Shown here: positions 37,901 through 50,800 of the stretch, in pieces
Numbering within the stretch: position 1 is the first letter of the stretch
How the letters are laid out: every line of letters starts with the position of its first letter
Origin: Chromera velia
Taxonomy: Eukaryota
Direction of reading: 5' to 3'
Length of the DNA stretch: 54,964 nt
Assembly (NCBI GenBank): GCA_018398765.1
Contig: JAHBMJ010000175.1
Location: 1 to 54,964 of the forward strand
The notes under the pieces: model-generated
The model's input: only the letters and a program-made list of their open reading frames with translations
Database searches by the model: none
Told to the model about the DNA's origin: nothing
Made by a program: the position numbers and the translations under genes

Positions 37901-40053
37901 TAGAGACAAAAGGCAACCCATTCGTTTCTATGACTACCTATATGATATAAAGAAAGGGTAGAGATCGTGTGATTAACGCACCCGTGTATTTGCGCATTCC
38001 TTTTCTCTTTGTCTCTCTCTGTCTTGCTACTTGCGTCTCCACCTGTACTCCTTTCTTCCCCTCGCTGACGTGTTCGTTCTATCGTATGGGTGTTTCCGTA
38101 TGAAAATCGGTTTCCATTTTTCCATTATCTGTTGGATTCCGAAGTCTTGTGGTTTTCTGGTCGAATTGTTTCTGCAAAAACTTTGTATGGGCATTTACTT
38201 TCGGACCAATAGATCAAGAGAAAAGAAAAAAGAAAAAATATTGGCGTGTATTCTTGCTGTTTGTGGTTGCTCTATTCTGGAATGTTGTCCTGGGTTCGTT
38301 TTTATGTGCTTATCTTGTTCTATCTGTAATTCATACTCTTCTTTGGACCCTCTCTGCCGTCTTACTCTTTTTTTCTGCCTGCTTTTGTCTGTTTCCGCCT
38401 GTCCATAAGTATTCGTGATTGCATCTCCATCAAAAGGTGGTCGATGTGGCACTTATGTCTATTCTCATAGCAGCGGTCTGCCTCTTTTGTGGACGCCCGA
38501 CCTTTGAGCACCTTTTCCCCTCTGCCAGAATTGCCGCCTTGCTGCATCAGCAGATTTCACATTTCACTATATATATTTTTATGTGTCTTGCCCCATTCAG
38601 CCACTAAAGATCTCCTACCCTGTCTGCCTCCTGAGCTTGCAATAGTGGCTATGACCACAACGAGGGCATCAACGCAGATAGGGCCGTGATACGGATAACA
38701 GAGGACTTGATCGACAAAGTGATCGGCAAGGGCGTTCACTGGTTGTGTGATCGTCTCTTCATCATGGCCCTGAACAACGTCAACATCGTCCTTGACAACC
38801 TGCTTGGCAAGGAGAGCCGATTCCACCACCTGATTGAGATCAAGGGCTTCCGGAAGATGGTTTGCGACACCTACGAAGAGCAGGTTGCTGCCCGTCTTAA
38901 CGCTGTCAACCGGCAGATGCAGTTCAAGGTCAGGTACCGCCACAACTTCGTTGCCCTCGACGCCCTCCTGGAGATGGTCTTCGGCGTTGCCACCATAAAA
39001 ATCCTTGCCGAGATTTTCCACTCGGAGGTGTCCGAAAAGTATGGAGGAACCTCGCGTAGCCCTGTTCTGAAACGCACCGTAGAAAAGATCAAGTCCGTCA
39101 CGGACATCTTCAGCAAGCTCAGAACCTTTAACGATAAGTTTACAGAGGCTGACGTGATTGAGGGGGGGCACATGTCATGCCCCCACATCGCATGTCCTAT
39201 GTGACCCTCAACTTCGAGCTCCTCCGCCAATATGCCAACAACCTCTACATATGCACGCTGAACGACTTTCTCAATGACCTCTTGGGCTGGGAACAGGTGT
39301 GTCGACGGAGAGGCTGGTTGAAAGCAAAAGAAGCCTCTCTTTCCTTTAGGTTGAGAAAGATTGCAGTCTCTTTTTTCCTTGGGTTGGGGTTTGCAGTGCC
39401 TGGTCTTTTTTTTTCAGTAGAGGATTGCAAAGCACCTCAGGTTCTCCACTCTTTCAAGACTAACGTCCTCCCCGATGCTTTGTAAGATCATAGCTTCTTG
39501 CTGTAAAAGTGTGTGACAACTGATGACTGTATGCAGACTCTCTTCCGCCAGTGGGTGCTCAACGACGGCGAGATGGAAGACTGTCCGATTCTGCTGCGTG
39601 GACCTCCCCTTCTAACCCTGCACAAGTCTCTCAATGCGCTGTTGGATAGAAGAGTCGATGATGACGGCAAAACTGTCAAGGAGGTTCAGATCACGGGTGA
39701 CATGCTCGTTGGTCACGGAGAAGGGCGCAGGCGTGAGAAACTCGAGATTGAGCTAGCGGAAGGACATTCAGAATAATATCGCCGTCTACAAAAACCTTGC
39801 GACGGCCATTGACGCCTACAGGACTACGCTGTTGAGCGACTCTGACGACTTCCTCTCTGACTCCACAGGCACCCAGAGTGGCAAGGAGTTGGACCTCGGG
39901 GCCTCTACTGCCAGTGCGGAGTCTAAGATGAAGAGGGATGAGGATGCCGCTCCATTTGTACCTCCGCATTCTTCCATGCATCACTTTACCCCTGGCACTC
40001 GCCATGCCTTGAAGCTTGTTCCTCAGGGCTCCTCGTCCTCCGGACAGGGATGA
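34967..40053 (+). pseudogene. Dynamin-superfamily GTPase pseudogene
   Basis: G1-like VFDVQSAGKT, G2 ATRCPV, G3 IILIDMPG and G4 INKMD are present. In-frame TAA occurs at 35168 and 36057, with frameshifts at ~35575 and ~39170. Downstream helical exon-like segments (~37300-37610, 38606-39296, 39490-40050) are assigned by continuity. The ends are approximate. Confidence 0.75.
36292..36810. mobile_element. Foldback/MITE-like long inverted repeat (~210-bp arms, ~100-bp spacer) within the dynamin locus
   Basis: TGTCGCCGGGTTTTGTTGGGC...GAGCTTTATACTCTTTAT is mirrored by ATAAAGAGTATAAAGCTC...GCCCAACAAAACCTGGCGACA, with many TGTTGGGC subrepeats. No clear TSD. Confidence 0.8.
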
Positions 40054-41230
40054 GGCATGAACAGGCCCAGCCTCCTTTGTTCCATGGGGTATTTGAAGGC
40101 TTGCAAGACTAGGCGGCCCCTTCGCTTTGATACATTTAATTGTCAATCTATATATGATTATATACGCTATAGTTCTTAGAGTGTATCCAAGACTGCAGTC
40201 TCATTGCGCCTAGGACTGCGCCATGAATACAGCAGTAAAGCTAATTTACTTATACTACGTTATATCATGATTAAACCCTAGATTAAACCTAGCTATATAA
40301 TGGTAAGAGTTGTATCTAGAGTTATATAACTTAGTATATAATTATATAGTTGGTCTAGGATACTGAAGATAAGATAGCATTTATGTTCTGAATACCATAC
40401 GTTCACTAATCATTAGCTTATGATTATATATAATTCTTTTTTATCCTATTTCTAAAAAACTGTATGTTAATTTAAAAAAGATGTGCAATGACATTGTGCA
40501 TAATAACACACATTATCTTAATAGCGCGGCTTGGGATCTATATAATCTTTAATAAATATGTACGTTGAACTACCTTCACTCAAATTAACATTTTCAAGAA
40601 TGTTCACTAGAATGTTCACAACTTTTGAAGCTAGTCTGCTTGAATATTATTGTGGTATACACACGTCATGATATACCGCACATGAACGATTAGACAAAAG
40701 CTCGTCTAATAACGGTAGTCCTGAGAAATCTCCTCCCGCCAGTCGTACATTGAGCCGCGCTCATTCAACGCCCTGTCTTCACTGCAGGAATATATTCATG
40801 TGACTGTGTAAAGAGTAGGAACGAGGGTGCACATCTGGAGGCAAGCATGAGCGCACGCGCACAGAGCCTGTGAGAGAGGAACGCTGTAATAGCAGAGACA
40901 CCGACATGCCGCCAAACCTAGCGACAAACAGAGCACCAAAGTGATAAACAAAGAGAATGGCAAGCTGTGTTCTTCTCCGAACAACCACAAGACAGAGGGA
41001 CGGACTGAGCAGACAGGCAGGCAGGCGTAATGGGACTCACAAGATGAGGAGACAGAAGTTCCCTACTGATTTCCAACGACAGACCCCCCCCCGCCCCCCG
41101 TTCCCCTCCCTTGCCGACGAGTAGGAGCAGAAAGACATCACAGTCTTCGTCGTGATTTACGCAATAGATTGACGACAAAGGGCGAACGGACCGGGAGAGA
41201 AAGAGAGAACCCCGATCCACCCATCCGGTC

Positions 41231-41328
41231 TCAAACAACAATGCAAGAACCGTGCTGAGAGCGAGAAGAGTTGGCAGAACGGGAGCTTAAAAGTTCAAAA
41301 GAAAAGTGACATGGCTCACTACGTCCTG

Positions 41329-41362
<34 letters not shown>

Positions 41363-41757
41363 ACTTTTGCACACTGCAAGTACATAAATATACTGACAAT
41401 TCTTTGTATCGAGGGTCCACCTCCTCGCCCATTTGTCTCGAGAGAGCCTCTCTGAGATCCCTTGCGTTCGGACGGGTGGGGGAGACTTCTAGACGCCTGC
41501 AGGGTAGCCCTTCAACGCTGATCCACGAATTTTTCTCACCCTCCACATCTCTCTTCAAGTAGAGCACCTGCGTGCACATACTTTTTGCAAGTTATGGAGG
41601 GGTTCGTTCGGTGTTGTGCTTTTTTTTTCACCGAGAGAATTCAACGAACGAGCAGCACATGCCGAGACTGAACATAAAGCCACACACAAACTTTGGGACA
41701 CACAGATGCACAGACACGGAGAATTGGGGAGAGAGAGAGAGAGAGGGAGAGAGAGAC

Positions 41758-41808
<51 letters not shown>

Positions 41809-43374
41809 GACAGAGACAGAGACAGAGACAGACACAGACGGAGCGGAGCAAAGCAGGCAGGCAGCACTTGCATCGACCTTGGGTTCCAACGATCACATCT
41901 GTCCTTCAAATACAGAAAAAGGAAAGCGGAAGAGAAGCGATGAAACCACGGGCTCATACATGACTCCAAGTGTTCCTCCCTCCACCAGAGCAACACACGC
42001 ACAAAACGAGAGAAGAAGCCCTCCAGGAGAGATCAGACACATAAGTGATTCTTCTTAGTCTTTCTGCCTTTCCTGACTTCTTTCGGAACCTCTCTTTTTC
42101 TCTTTCCCTGTCGATCTGTCCGCCTAGCTGTCTGCTGTTAGGCAACTGACCTGGAAGTCCATGGGGTAGTGTCTGAATTTACTTTCACACAGAATTCTTT
42201 TTCAGGGAGCGCTCCCTGAAATTACTTTCACACAGAATTCTGTATGAAAGTAAACAACTGACCTGGAAGTCCATGGGGTAGTGTCTGAAGACGAAGGTCT
42301 CAAATTCAAAGTCGCGTCTGCCGAATCTGCACAAGATGGAAACAAATGAACAGGGGCAGAAAGGGGGGGGAAGAGGGAGGGATGCAATCTATAATTGGTT
42401 CTACGAGCGAAAAAAATGAGCATGGCGGCGGTAAGAAGGACATCACGCTCCCGGGAGAAGAGGATGTTTTTTCCGGCTGCCGGCGGAGCAATTGCCATCT
42501 CAAGCATAAGACAGAAACAAACTTGGATAAGAGCTGTCAGAAGAGGGGAGGGCGGCACTTCTGGGAGTGCACACGTTAAGACTAGTGGACAGAGGAAGGA
42601 AGGGAGGGAGGAAAGAAGGAAGAAAAGAAGGATGGACAGAGCAGCACAGGACCACGTGGGTCAAAAACAGGCGAGAGAGATGTAAACTTTTGAGTGTAAT
42701 GGTTTTTCTTTGCCTATTTGTTCCATGTTGGTTTCCTTCTCGTTTCCTCCCTCGACTCTGCAGACCTGCCGGAAGTCTCTCCGAACAAAAAACGATCGAA
42801 GAAGTACACCTGAACGATAAAGCAAGAAGGGAAAGAAAAGAGAGAGCAGTCAGGAATAGGAATGGACAGAAGAGACAGGCAAAGAGACAATAGAGATAGA
42901 ACAGAATAAAAGCAGGACGGAAAAGAGTGTTGCTGTGTGGAACGACACCCGATACACCCCGAGACAATCAAAAGGATGCGAGCAGATCGGAGCACAGACA
43001 ACTAAGTACACCCACTCGGAAACCAATTTGCTTCTTCCTTTGGAGCCCTGGTTTTCTTTCATTGCAGCCTGCTTCTTTGATTGCTTCTATTGAAATACTT
43101 CACACACCTCCCAGAAAATTGCACGCACAAAAAAAGACTGCTGCAGCCACTGCCCTCTCTCCTCCCCTGCTGCCTCCCTTCCCCCCTACCCACCGACTGA
43201 CCGGTTTGAACCGACAGAGAAATTGGTTGTGCACCATGGGCGTCAGCTGGAGGGCTACTCGACGGGTGGCCTCGAATCTGCATGCACAAACAGTGAGGAG
43301 AACAGAACAGAACAGAACAGATGACGTGAGGGAATCAATCGACCAATCAATCAATCAATGAATCAATCAATCAA

Positions 43375-43414
<40 letters not shown>

Positions 43415-43446
43415 CCAACCAACCAATCAATCAATCAATCAATAAC

Positions 43447-43477
<31 letters not shown>

Positions 43478-43522
43478 CCAATCAAACAATCAATCAATCA
43501 ATCAATCAACCAACCAACCAAT

Positions 43523-43561
<39 letters not shown>

Positions 43562-43562
43562 C

Positions 43563-43593
<31 letters not shown>

Positions 43594-43729
43594 CCAATCA
43601 ATCAATCAACCAATCAATCAATGAATCAATCAACCAACCAATCAATCAATCAATCAATCAACCAACCAATCAATCAATCAATCAACCAACCAACCAATCA
43701 ACCAATCAATCAATCAACCAATCAATCAA

Positions 43730-43765
<36 letters not shown>

Positions 43766-43782
43766 CCAATCAATCAACCAAT

Positions 43783-43821
<39 letters not shown>

Positions 43822-43858
43822 CCAACCAATCAATCAATCAATCAATCAACCAACCAAC

Positions 43859-43929
<71 letters not shown>

Positions 43930-43970
43930 CCAACCAATCAATCAATCAATCAATCAACCAATCAATCAAC

Positions 43971-44009
<39 letters not shown>

Positions 44010-44010
44010 C

Positions 44011-44055
<45 letters not shown>

Positions 44056-44711
44056 CATGAATCCATGAATCAACCAATCAATCAATGAATGAATGAATGA
44101 ATTAATGAATCAAGAGGTTCATCGGTGGAGGTCTAGGAGGACGACTATTAGTGTAAGTGGGTGTAGGCATGCATGTATGAATGTAAGCAGATGGATATGC
44201 GCACAAGTCCACAAAGAGAGCTGTGGGTGATTTTCTTTTCTCTTCGACTGAGGTGCGTGCAGCACCAAAAGAGACACAAAAACAGGAAGCAAGTCTCGCA
44301 GTTCTCTACTCTATGTCAGTGCGTCGGTGTGTGTCAGTGACCTGAGAAGTTCGATTTGCGAATTCTGCATTTACTTTCATACAGAATTCTTTTTCTGAAA
44401 AAGAATTATGTTTCTGAAAGTAAATGCATGCGTCGGTGTCTGACCTGAGAAGTTCGATTTGCGAATTCAAGATCACGTAGGCTTTCGGTGTCGTCGACTG
44501 TTCGTCCCCCTCCAGTGTCCGTACGCACTCCCACACATCTGCAGGCAGGCAGAAGGTTGTGGGAGGCAGTTGACTAGGCTGAAAAGGAGGGGAAAAAGGG
44601 AGCAAGAAAAAAATCTAAAGGGAAGACAAACGATACAAAAGAGTTCTGCGGCTTTGAAATCCTCTCGCACGGAAGTACTTTGGTCTCTTGTGTTGTCTGT
44701 CTCTCTGTCTC

Positions 44712-44744
<33 letters not shown>

Positions 44745-44772
44745 TTCTCTGTCTGTCTGTCTGTCTGTCTGC

Positions 44773-44821
<49 letters not shown>

Positions 44822-45809
44822 CATCACTGTGAAAGCTTTGTTTTTCTTCTCTTTCCTTCGCTTGCCCGCTAAATCGTTCTCAACCCACACACTCTCCCTT
44901 CTTTTCCTTTTGGTGATCTATGCCGTTGTCCGTCCTGCCCCGTTCTTTCTTCTTCCCGCAGATTCTCCTCAAACACATAAATAATTGCAGTGGAGGGATC
45001 AACCATCGTCTCACTCCTTGCTTGTATCTCCCCACAGCCTTGGCCTGTCTCTGGAGACTCCTCGTCAAAAAGAATATGAGAAAGAAACAATCCACCATCC
45101 CATTCTTTCCCCATACAGGCAATGCAACGCACATGATGCCGTTCCTCTATATGACCTCATCGAAGAGAGAGACGCACCCTCTACAGTTGAGACCTTGACG
45201 TTTGTGAATATGTACAGGTCTGCCCTTGGGGGTTCTTTCAGGACTCCATCGGAGAGCCCGAGGAACTCTGAGAATGCCATGCCGACCTTGCCCTGCATGC
45301 AGTCAAATCAGTTCTGTGTATGTACATTGTACATGGATGTACATAAGCAGACCATCTAAAGAAACTTGAGAGAGGTGTCCCGATATTGTTCTAGAAAGAG
45401 GAATCGAACACAGGCCATCCGAAACACCGAACGCCTCGAGGAGAGGTTTCTATCTGTGCGTAGAGATCATGGACGGATGGATGTCTGCAAACACACACAC
45501 ATACAGACACACACACAGACACACGTGGATACACGCGCGCGCGCGCGCAAAGACACATTCTCACATGCACCCCCACTCATTCACTCACTTACTCATACAT
45601 TCTTTCTGTCTCTCTCTGTGTCTCTCACCCACCCACCCCACCCCCACCCCCCACATACATACACTTTTTGCATACATGGTGTCTATCTATGCATCGAGTG
45701 ACTGACGAAGGCTTCCTCTCCCTCTTTGTCTACTCCCCTCACGGACGTCACCGTCACATTTGGNNNACACACACACACACACACACACACACAGAGGCAC
45801 AGACACACA

Positions 45810-45844
<35 letters not shown>

Positions 45845-45901
45845 GCACAGACACACAGACACACACACACACACACACACACACAGAGGCACAGACACAC
45901 A

Positions 45902-45937
<36 letters not shown>

Positions 45938-45949
45938 CACACACACACA

Positions 45950-45984
<35 letters not shown>

Positions 45985-46041
45985 GCACAGACACACAGAC
46001 ACACACACACACACACACACACACAGAGGCACACACACACA

Positions 46042-46076
<35 letters not shown>

Positions 46077-46089
46077 GCACACACACACA

Positions 46090-46165
<76 letters not shown>

Positions 46166-47317
46166 CTGACGAATTCTGTGAGAGCCGCATTGTATTCATA
46201 CTGGTCGTTGCAGAACACAGCCACCTTCATCTGCCCCCTCTTGACAATTCGCCTCGCGAGATTGACCCCAAATTGAAGGGGGCTCTGCACGGAGAAATTA
46301 ATGGGGCCAGGGAGAAAATGTGCATGAGACTTTCGTCTGTACACAGATGGATGAATTGACGGATGTCTGTAATGGACATGCGTACGTGTGTGCATGTACA
46401 GATAGCGGCACGGGAAGAGCTCCAGGTTGACCTTGAGGTGCAGACAAATAGACTAAGAACAGCTAACAACCAGTTGTGTCCTTACTGACTGACTGACTGA
46501 CTGACTGACTGACTGGCTGACTGACTTGTGCCTGCACTTTAGGGATCTTGCTGCAGTCGACGTCGAGGAATCTGTTGCCGTCCTTCACTGCCGTCAGCAC
46601 GGACTCGGTTGCAAGGTCAAGATTTCCAACCTGACAGAACAAAGAGAATCAACAGGAAATGAGGAGAGATGTGCATGGGTGGGTGTCCATCAAAGGCACT
46701 TACGGAAAGATTCAAAGCACTCACAGCCTCCTCGATCCTGCATCGAGACGATTCAGACGACTGCAGACCATACGCATGGAAGAGACGGAACGTGCATCAC
46801 TAGAACTTCCTTCTAGGAACCCAACCGCCCACCCCACCGAGCCGAGCCACGTGCCCTAGTGACGTCTGGGATGGCAATGCATGCACAGAACGCCCCCCCA
46901 CAGACTCTTCCCCTCACTTGGGCATGGAGACGGGAACACGGACTTGGACGCACATCGAGTTTGCAGGTAGACGGATAGAATGATTGTGACGGAAAGGAAA
47001 ATGGTAGGAATTTCCCGTCCTTTCCATCCTACCTGTGAGAGCGGAGGAAGTTCGAGCTCTGAGTTGTAGATCCCCTCCCCAACATGGAGGACAGAGGACC
47101 TTCCTCTCTCGCTGCTCCTCGACAAAACCCACTCCCGTCTCCTCAGAGCTGTGGGGACTCTCCGTGATGTTTCTCGTGAAGGGAATGAAGAAGGCGCATG
47201 AAACGAAAAAGCAGAACAAAAACAAGTAAGCAAGAGAGGTATCAGGGCGGCCTCTTTGAGAGGAACCGGAAGGGGAGAGGGTGGCCGCCTCTTTCCGAAC
47301 ATCCCCAAGACCCCCAT
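41231..47317 (-). CDS. Probable plastid-targeted DUF1995/LPA3-like protein; ~11 exons
   Basis: The leader ...[22 protein letters not shown] is followed by a Ser/Arg-rich transit peptide. Exons encode [77 protein letters not shown] and [12 protein letters not shown], which resemble DUF1995 motifs as I recall them. The 3' end and one internal exon are uncertain, and NNN at 45764-45766 hides one acceptor. Confidence 0.65.
42143..42289. repeat. 77-bp palindromic insert flanked by a 35-bp direct duplication of an exon end plus splice donor
   Basis: CAACTGACCTGGAAGTCCATGGGGTAGTGTCTGAA occurs at 42143-42177 and 42255-42289. The insert 42178-42254 reads TTTACTTTCA...TGAAAGTAAA. Confidence 0.9.
43335..44105. 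repeat. (AATC)n/(AACC)n microsatellite, intronic
   Basis: Directly visible; it is the source of the N/Q/S/I pseudo-ORFs. Confidence 0.97.
44320..44468. repeat. 63-bp palindromic insert flanked by a ~40-bp direct duplication of an exon end plus splice donor
   Basis: TGCGTCGGTGT...TGACCTGAGAAGTTCGATTTGCGAATTC occurs at 44320-44365 and 44429-44468 with a small indel. The insert 44366-44428 reads TGCATTTACTTTCA...TGAAAGTAAATGCA. Confidence 0.88.
45767..46165. repeat. Compound (CA)n repeat with periodic GAGGCACA(G/C)ACACACAGA interruptions, then (GA)n; abuts an NNN gap
   Basis: Directly visible; NNN at 45764-45766 suggests a collapsed or uncertain assembly. Confidence 0.95.
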
Positions 47318-47895
47318 GGTTCACACCGACTTGCTCCTATCTATCTGCCCCCTTTCACTCAGGGCCCGCAATCATGCGTGGAGACGATCGACTTCACAAA
47401 CGAACACTGGAGGAAGCAAGCGCAGACTGCGCAGTAAACGACGACTACTAGACGTACTCTCGGTGACGGAGAGAAGATGTGTGACTCTGCATGCATGGTG
47501 CCGTACGTGGCCCCCCACGCTACGCTTTCCGCGGCCGGGGCCATGCATGCGGCTGATTTTATAGTGCTGCCAATCACTGCCATGCAGGTCGCAAAAAAGA
47601 CGCGACCGACTGAAAATGACTCATTCGTGTATAGAGTGGTTGAATGAGGTGCCGGAGCTTCCTCACTTGGCTTCACAGCGCTTTCCAAATCCATTCAAAT
47701 TTAGGTGCTTTCAAGTGCGGGGCTTTGGCCTTTTTGCCCTCTGAGTCTGTCTTTCTGTCTCCTCAAGAGGTTCTGCTGGATTTCGCAGCGGGGCTGAGAC
47801 AGCTATCCCTCCTGAAGTGCCTGGAGAGGAGAGGAAAGAGTCGACACAAAGAAAGGAACGCTTTGTAGGTGACAAAGACGGTGTTAATAAGCACG
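47318..47895. promoter_or_regulatory. Putative bidirectional promoter between the DUF1995-like and BTB-like genes
   Basis: About 580 bp lie between divergent starts and contain TGCATGCA/CATGCATG motifs. Function is inferred from position. Confidence 0.4.
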
Positions 47896-50800
47896 ATGAC
47901 GACCTATTCAATAAAGCACAAACAGGACCCGGACCTCAACCTAACGGTCGGAGAGGCCGTCCTTCAACGCTACGGCTATTTTTCCTCCTCAGTGAGTGAG
48001 TGCATACTCTGGTCTTATATATGTACTTGACTCTCCTGGGTGGATTTGGTGAGGTCGTTCTGGAGCATGTAAGTGTGAGGGGAAGGGTTTGACAGCAGCG
48101 GCGTGTTTCGGCTAAGGAGACTGGAGACGGGAAGCACGCAAAGAAACGGAAGGAGACAGAGAGGAGCAAGCAAATATAAAAGAGGGGCACAGAGCAAGAG
48201 AGTGGGCGGTAAAGAAAAGGCTTGCGGTGTGAGACAAGTAAAAGTAGAAAATAGTGCAGTAAAAGAGAAGCACGTGTCCCTCCTTCCCTTCCCACCTCTA
48301 CCTCACCACTCCCTCAGCACCATACATATATACTTTCAATTGTTCAACCAGGTACTTCTCCTTTTCCTCCTCTCCCTCCCTAAGCGGACAGAGGCAGAAA
48401 AAAAAGAGAAACAAAAACAGACAGAGCAAAAGGAAGGGGTGTGTCAGACAGGAAGTCCAGAGAGACGGAATGCGGTCTCCATACAAAGAAGCAAAGGAAA
48501 GCCCCAACAGCAGAATTCCACACCATGCTTCGCTCTTCACTGCAGATCCTGAAGGGCGCCTTTGGTGGCGATGGGGGCGCTCCTTCTTCCTTCGAGTTTG
48601 ACAACGAGGTGGTGGACAGGGACGTCATGGAGATTCTCTTCTCTGAGTGGGAACTGACAGTCATCACCCACACGAACCAGAAGAACTTCTGCAGGGTGAG
48701 CCCGGGCGCGCAGTTAGGAAGTTTTTTTTTCTTTGGGTGTCACGCCCGGGTGGGGCGCCGTGATCGTTTCTGTCTCTTTTCATCTTTGTCCAACGTTGGC
48801 TTTCTACTTTTTTTTTTTCTTTTTTTTCTGTTCCTTCTGACGACCCTTCGTGGTTCCACGAGTTTTCAATTTACGTGTGTGAAGATGAATGATACGCAGT
48901 TCTCGCAGACTGCAAAGAGAATCTCTCTGGGCACTTGACAGAAGCGTGTCTGAACTCTGTCTCTCCCCCCCTCTCTCACACTCTGTGTGTATGTGCGTAT
49001 GTGTGTGTGTCTGTGTGTCTGTCTCTGTGAGAGAGAGCAGATCGTGAAGGCGATCGACTACCTCTCATTCAAGGACGAGAGAATGCTCACTCAATTGAGT
49101 GATAGGTCGGTGTCGAGAAGCAGTTGCATGTCTCTTTTCTTTGTTGAGTTTGTAGTCTCATCGACAGATCAGTCCAGTCCTGAGTTTTTGACCGTGCAGA
49201 CAGACACAACGAATGAAGCGTTGTGGTCTCTTCGCGCACCAGGCTTGCCTTTCGGTTTGTTGCCTTCTGCTCACTTTTTGTGGTTCTTCAGCTCTCTTCT
49301 GCGTCCTTCCTTCTGTTGCTTCCTTGCATTGGCCTTGCACCCCTTTCTCCCGCTGTTTTGACACCGTACACGTTTATTCATACACTCAGAAAGAATTCCG
49401 ATGTTCTCACGACACGGACGCAATCGCCCCGTCTCCTTGCTTGCAGAATTTCTCCTTTCGTTGCTGACGAGCCCTGTTGTCGTGCCTTCCTCCGTCTTGT
49501 TCTGGAGAGACCTGGGGTGGCCAAGATGGTTAACCTTGGGCCTCGACTGAAGGGGGCGATTGCATCGATGGTCCCGAGGTGTCTGGAAGAGTTTGTGGCG
49601 TTGTTGAAAAGGGGGCATGGGGGAAAGGACTTCGACTGTCTGGGGATGAAAATCGTCTGGAATCTCTGCACGCAGGTAGGGGGGAGGAAGGTCTCAACGT
49701 TCCTTCCGGTGGGTGTGTCGAGCGTCTCAACTGCTTGTTTTCACCCGCTCCACACACTGAAGTCTTTGTTTTCCTCTCGAGAAGAAGAAACGCTGCGCAT
49801 CTGTTTCTATCCGTTGCCTGGAGTTACACTGATGATCTCAAAAAGCAAGTAAGAGCGACAGGGAGAGAGAGGGAAGTCTTTGATATATGAGTGACCTGCT
49901 TTGTTGTGCTGCGAACTTTCTCCCTTCTTCCGTCCATCATCCTGCTCAACAGCTTTCCCGACCTGTAAAGGAGAAATACGCAGGAGAAGAAAGGGCAGCC
50001 ACTTTCGGTCTTCCTACTGTAGTGCACTTTCCTTTTCTCATTCTCCCTGTCTACTCCCTTCCCTTCTTGTTCTTTCTCACAGATCGAGAGAGGAGCAGTC
50101 AGTCTGAGTCTGCCCGAGTTCGTCAAACTTCTCTGTGCTTTGTGCGGGGAAGCACCCGACCTCCCGGCAGCCCTGAGCCTCGCTTGGAGGTGCGGGAAGA
50201 CCCAGGACGGTCTCATGCTGCACTCCTCCCATTTGTTCTCGAATCCTTTCTCCACCAGGCAATTTGAAGTCAGTCAGCTAGGGGGGGGGGGCGGTGGGGG
50301 TGAGTGATATCTTCAGCGAAAAATTCGATCCTTCCTTTTGCACGCCTCTGCGGGTCGGGTGTGTGAAAAGTCAGACAGACGCTCGTTGTAGAGACTCTTC
50401 GTTTCTGTGTGTGTTAGGTGGCGAACGCTTTCATTCCTTCGAGTCCGGTGCTCTTTTTGGAAATGCGGGCAAGACAGAGGGAAGAGAAGATGAAAGCAGT
50501 TGATCTGAATGTATTGTTCCTACAAAGCAGTTGATCTGAATGTGTTGTTCCGACACAGGAAGGGCCCCTTCTGCTTTCTTTTTGTTTTTGTCAGTGTCTT
50601 GCTATCTGCCTCCTTCCTTCTCCGGTCCTCTCTACTTTTCTGCGTTCTCCTTTGACAATCTCTCTCCCTCGCACATACACAAAGACGCGCCACAATGGAT
50701 AGCTCTTTCGTCTGTTCTCCCCCTGCGCGTGCGTCGTTTCTGCAGGCAGGGGCTCCGCACACCAGTTTGCGGGTCAAATTCTTTGCCTGTGCTGCCCCTG

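Noticed and set aside
50494..50550. 31-bp tandem duplication (similar small ones at ~937-997 and ~29875-29938)
   Set aside because: These are ordinary local slippage duplications, with no palindromic insert or splice-site link.
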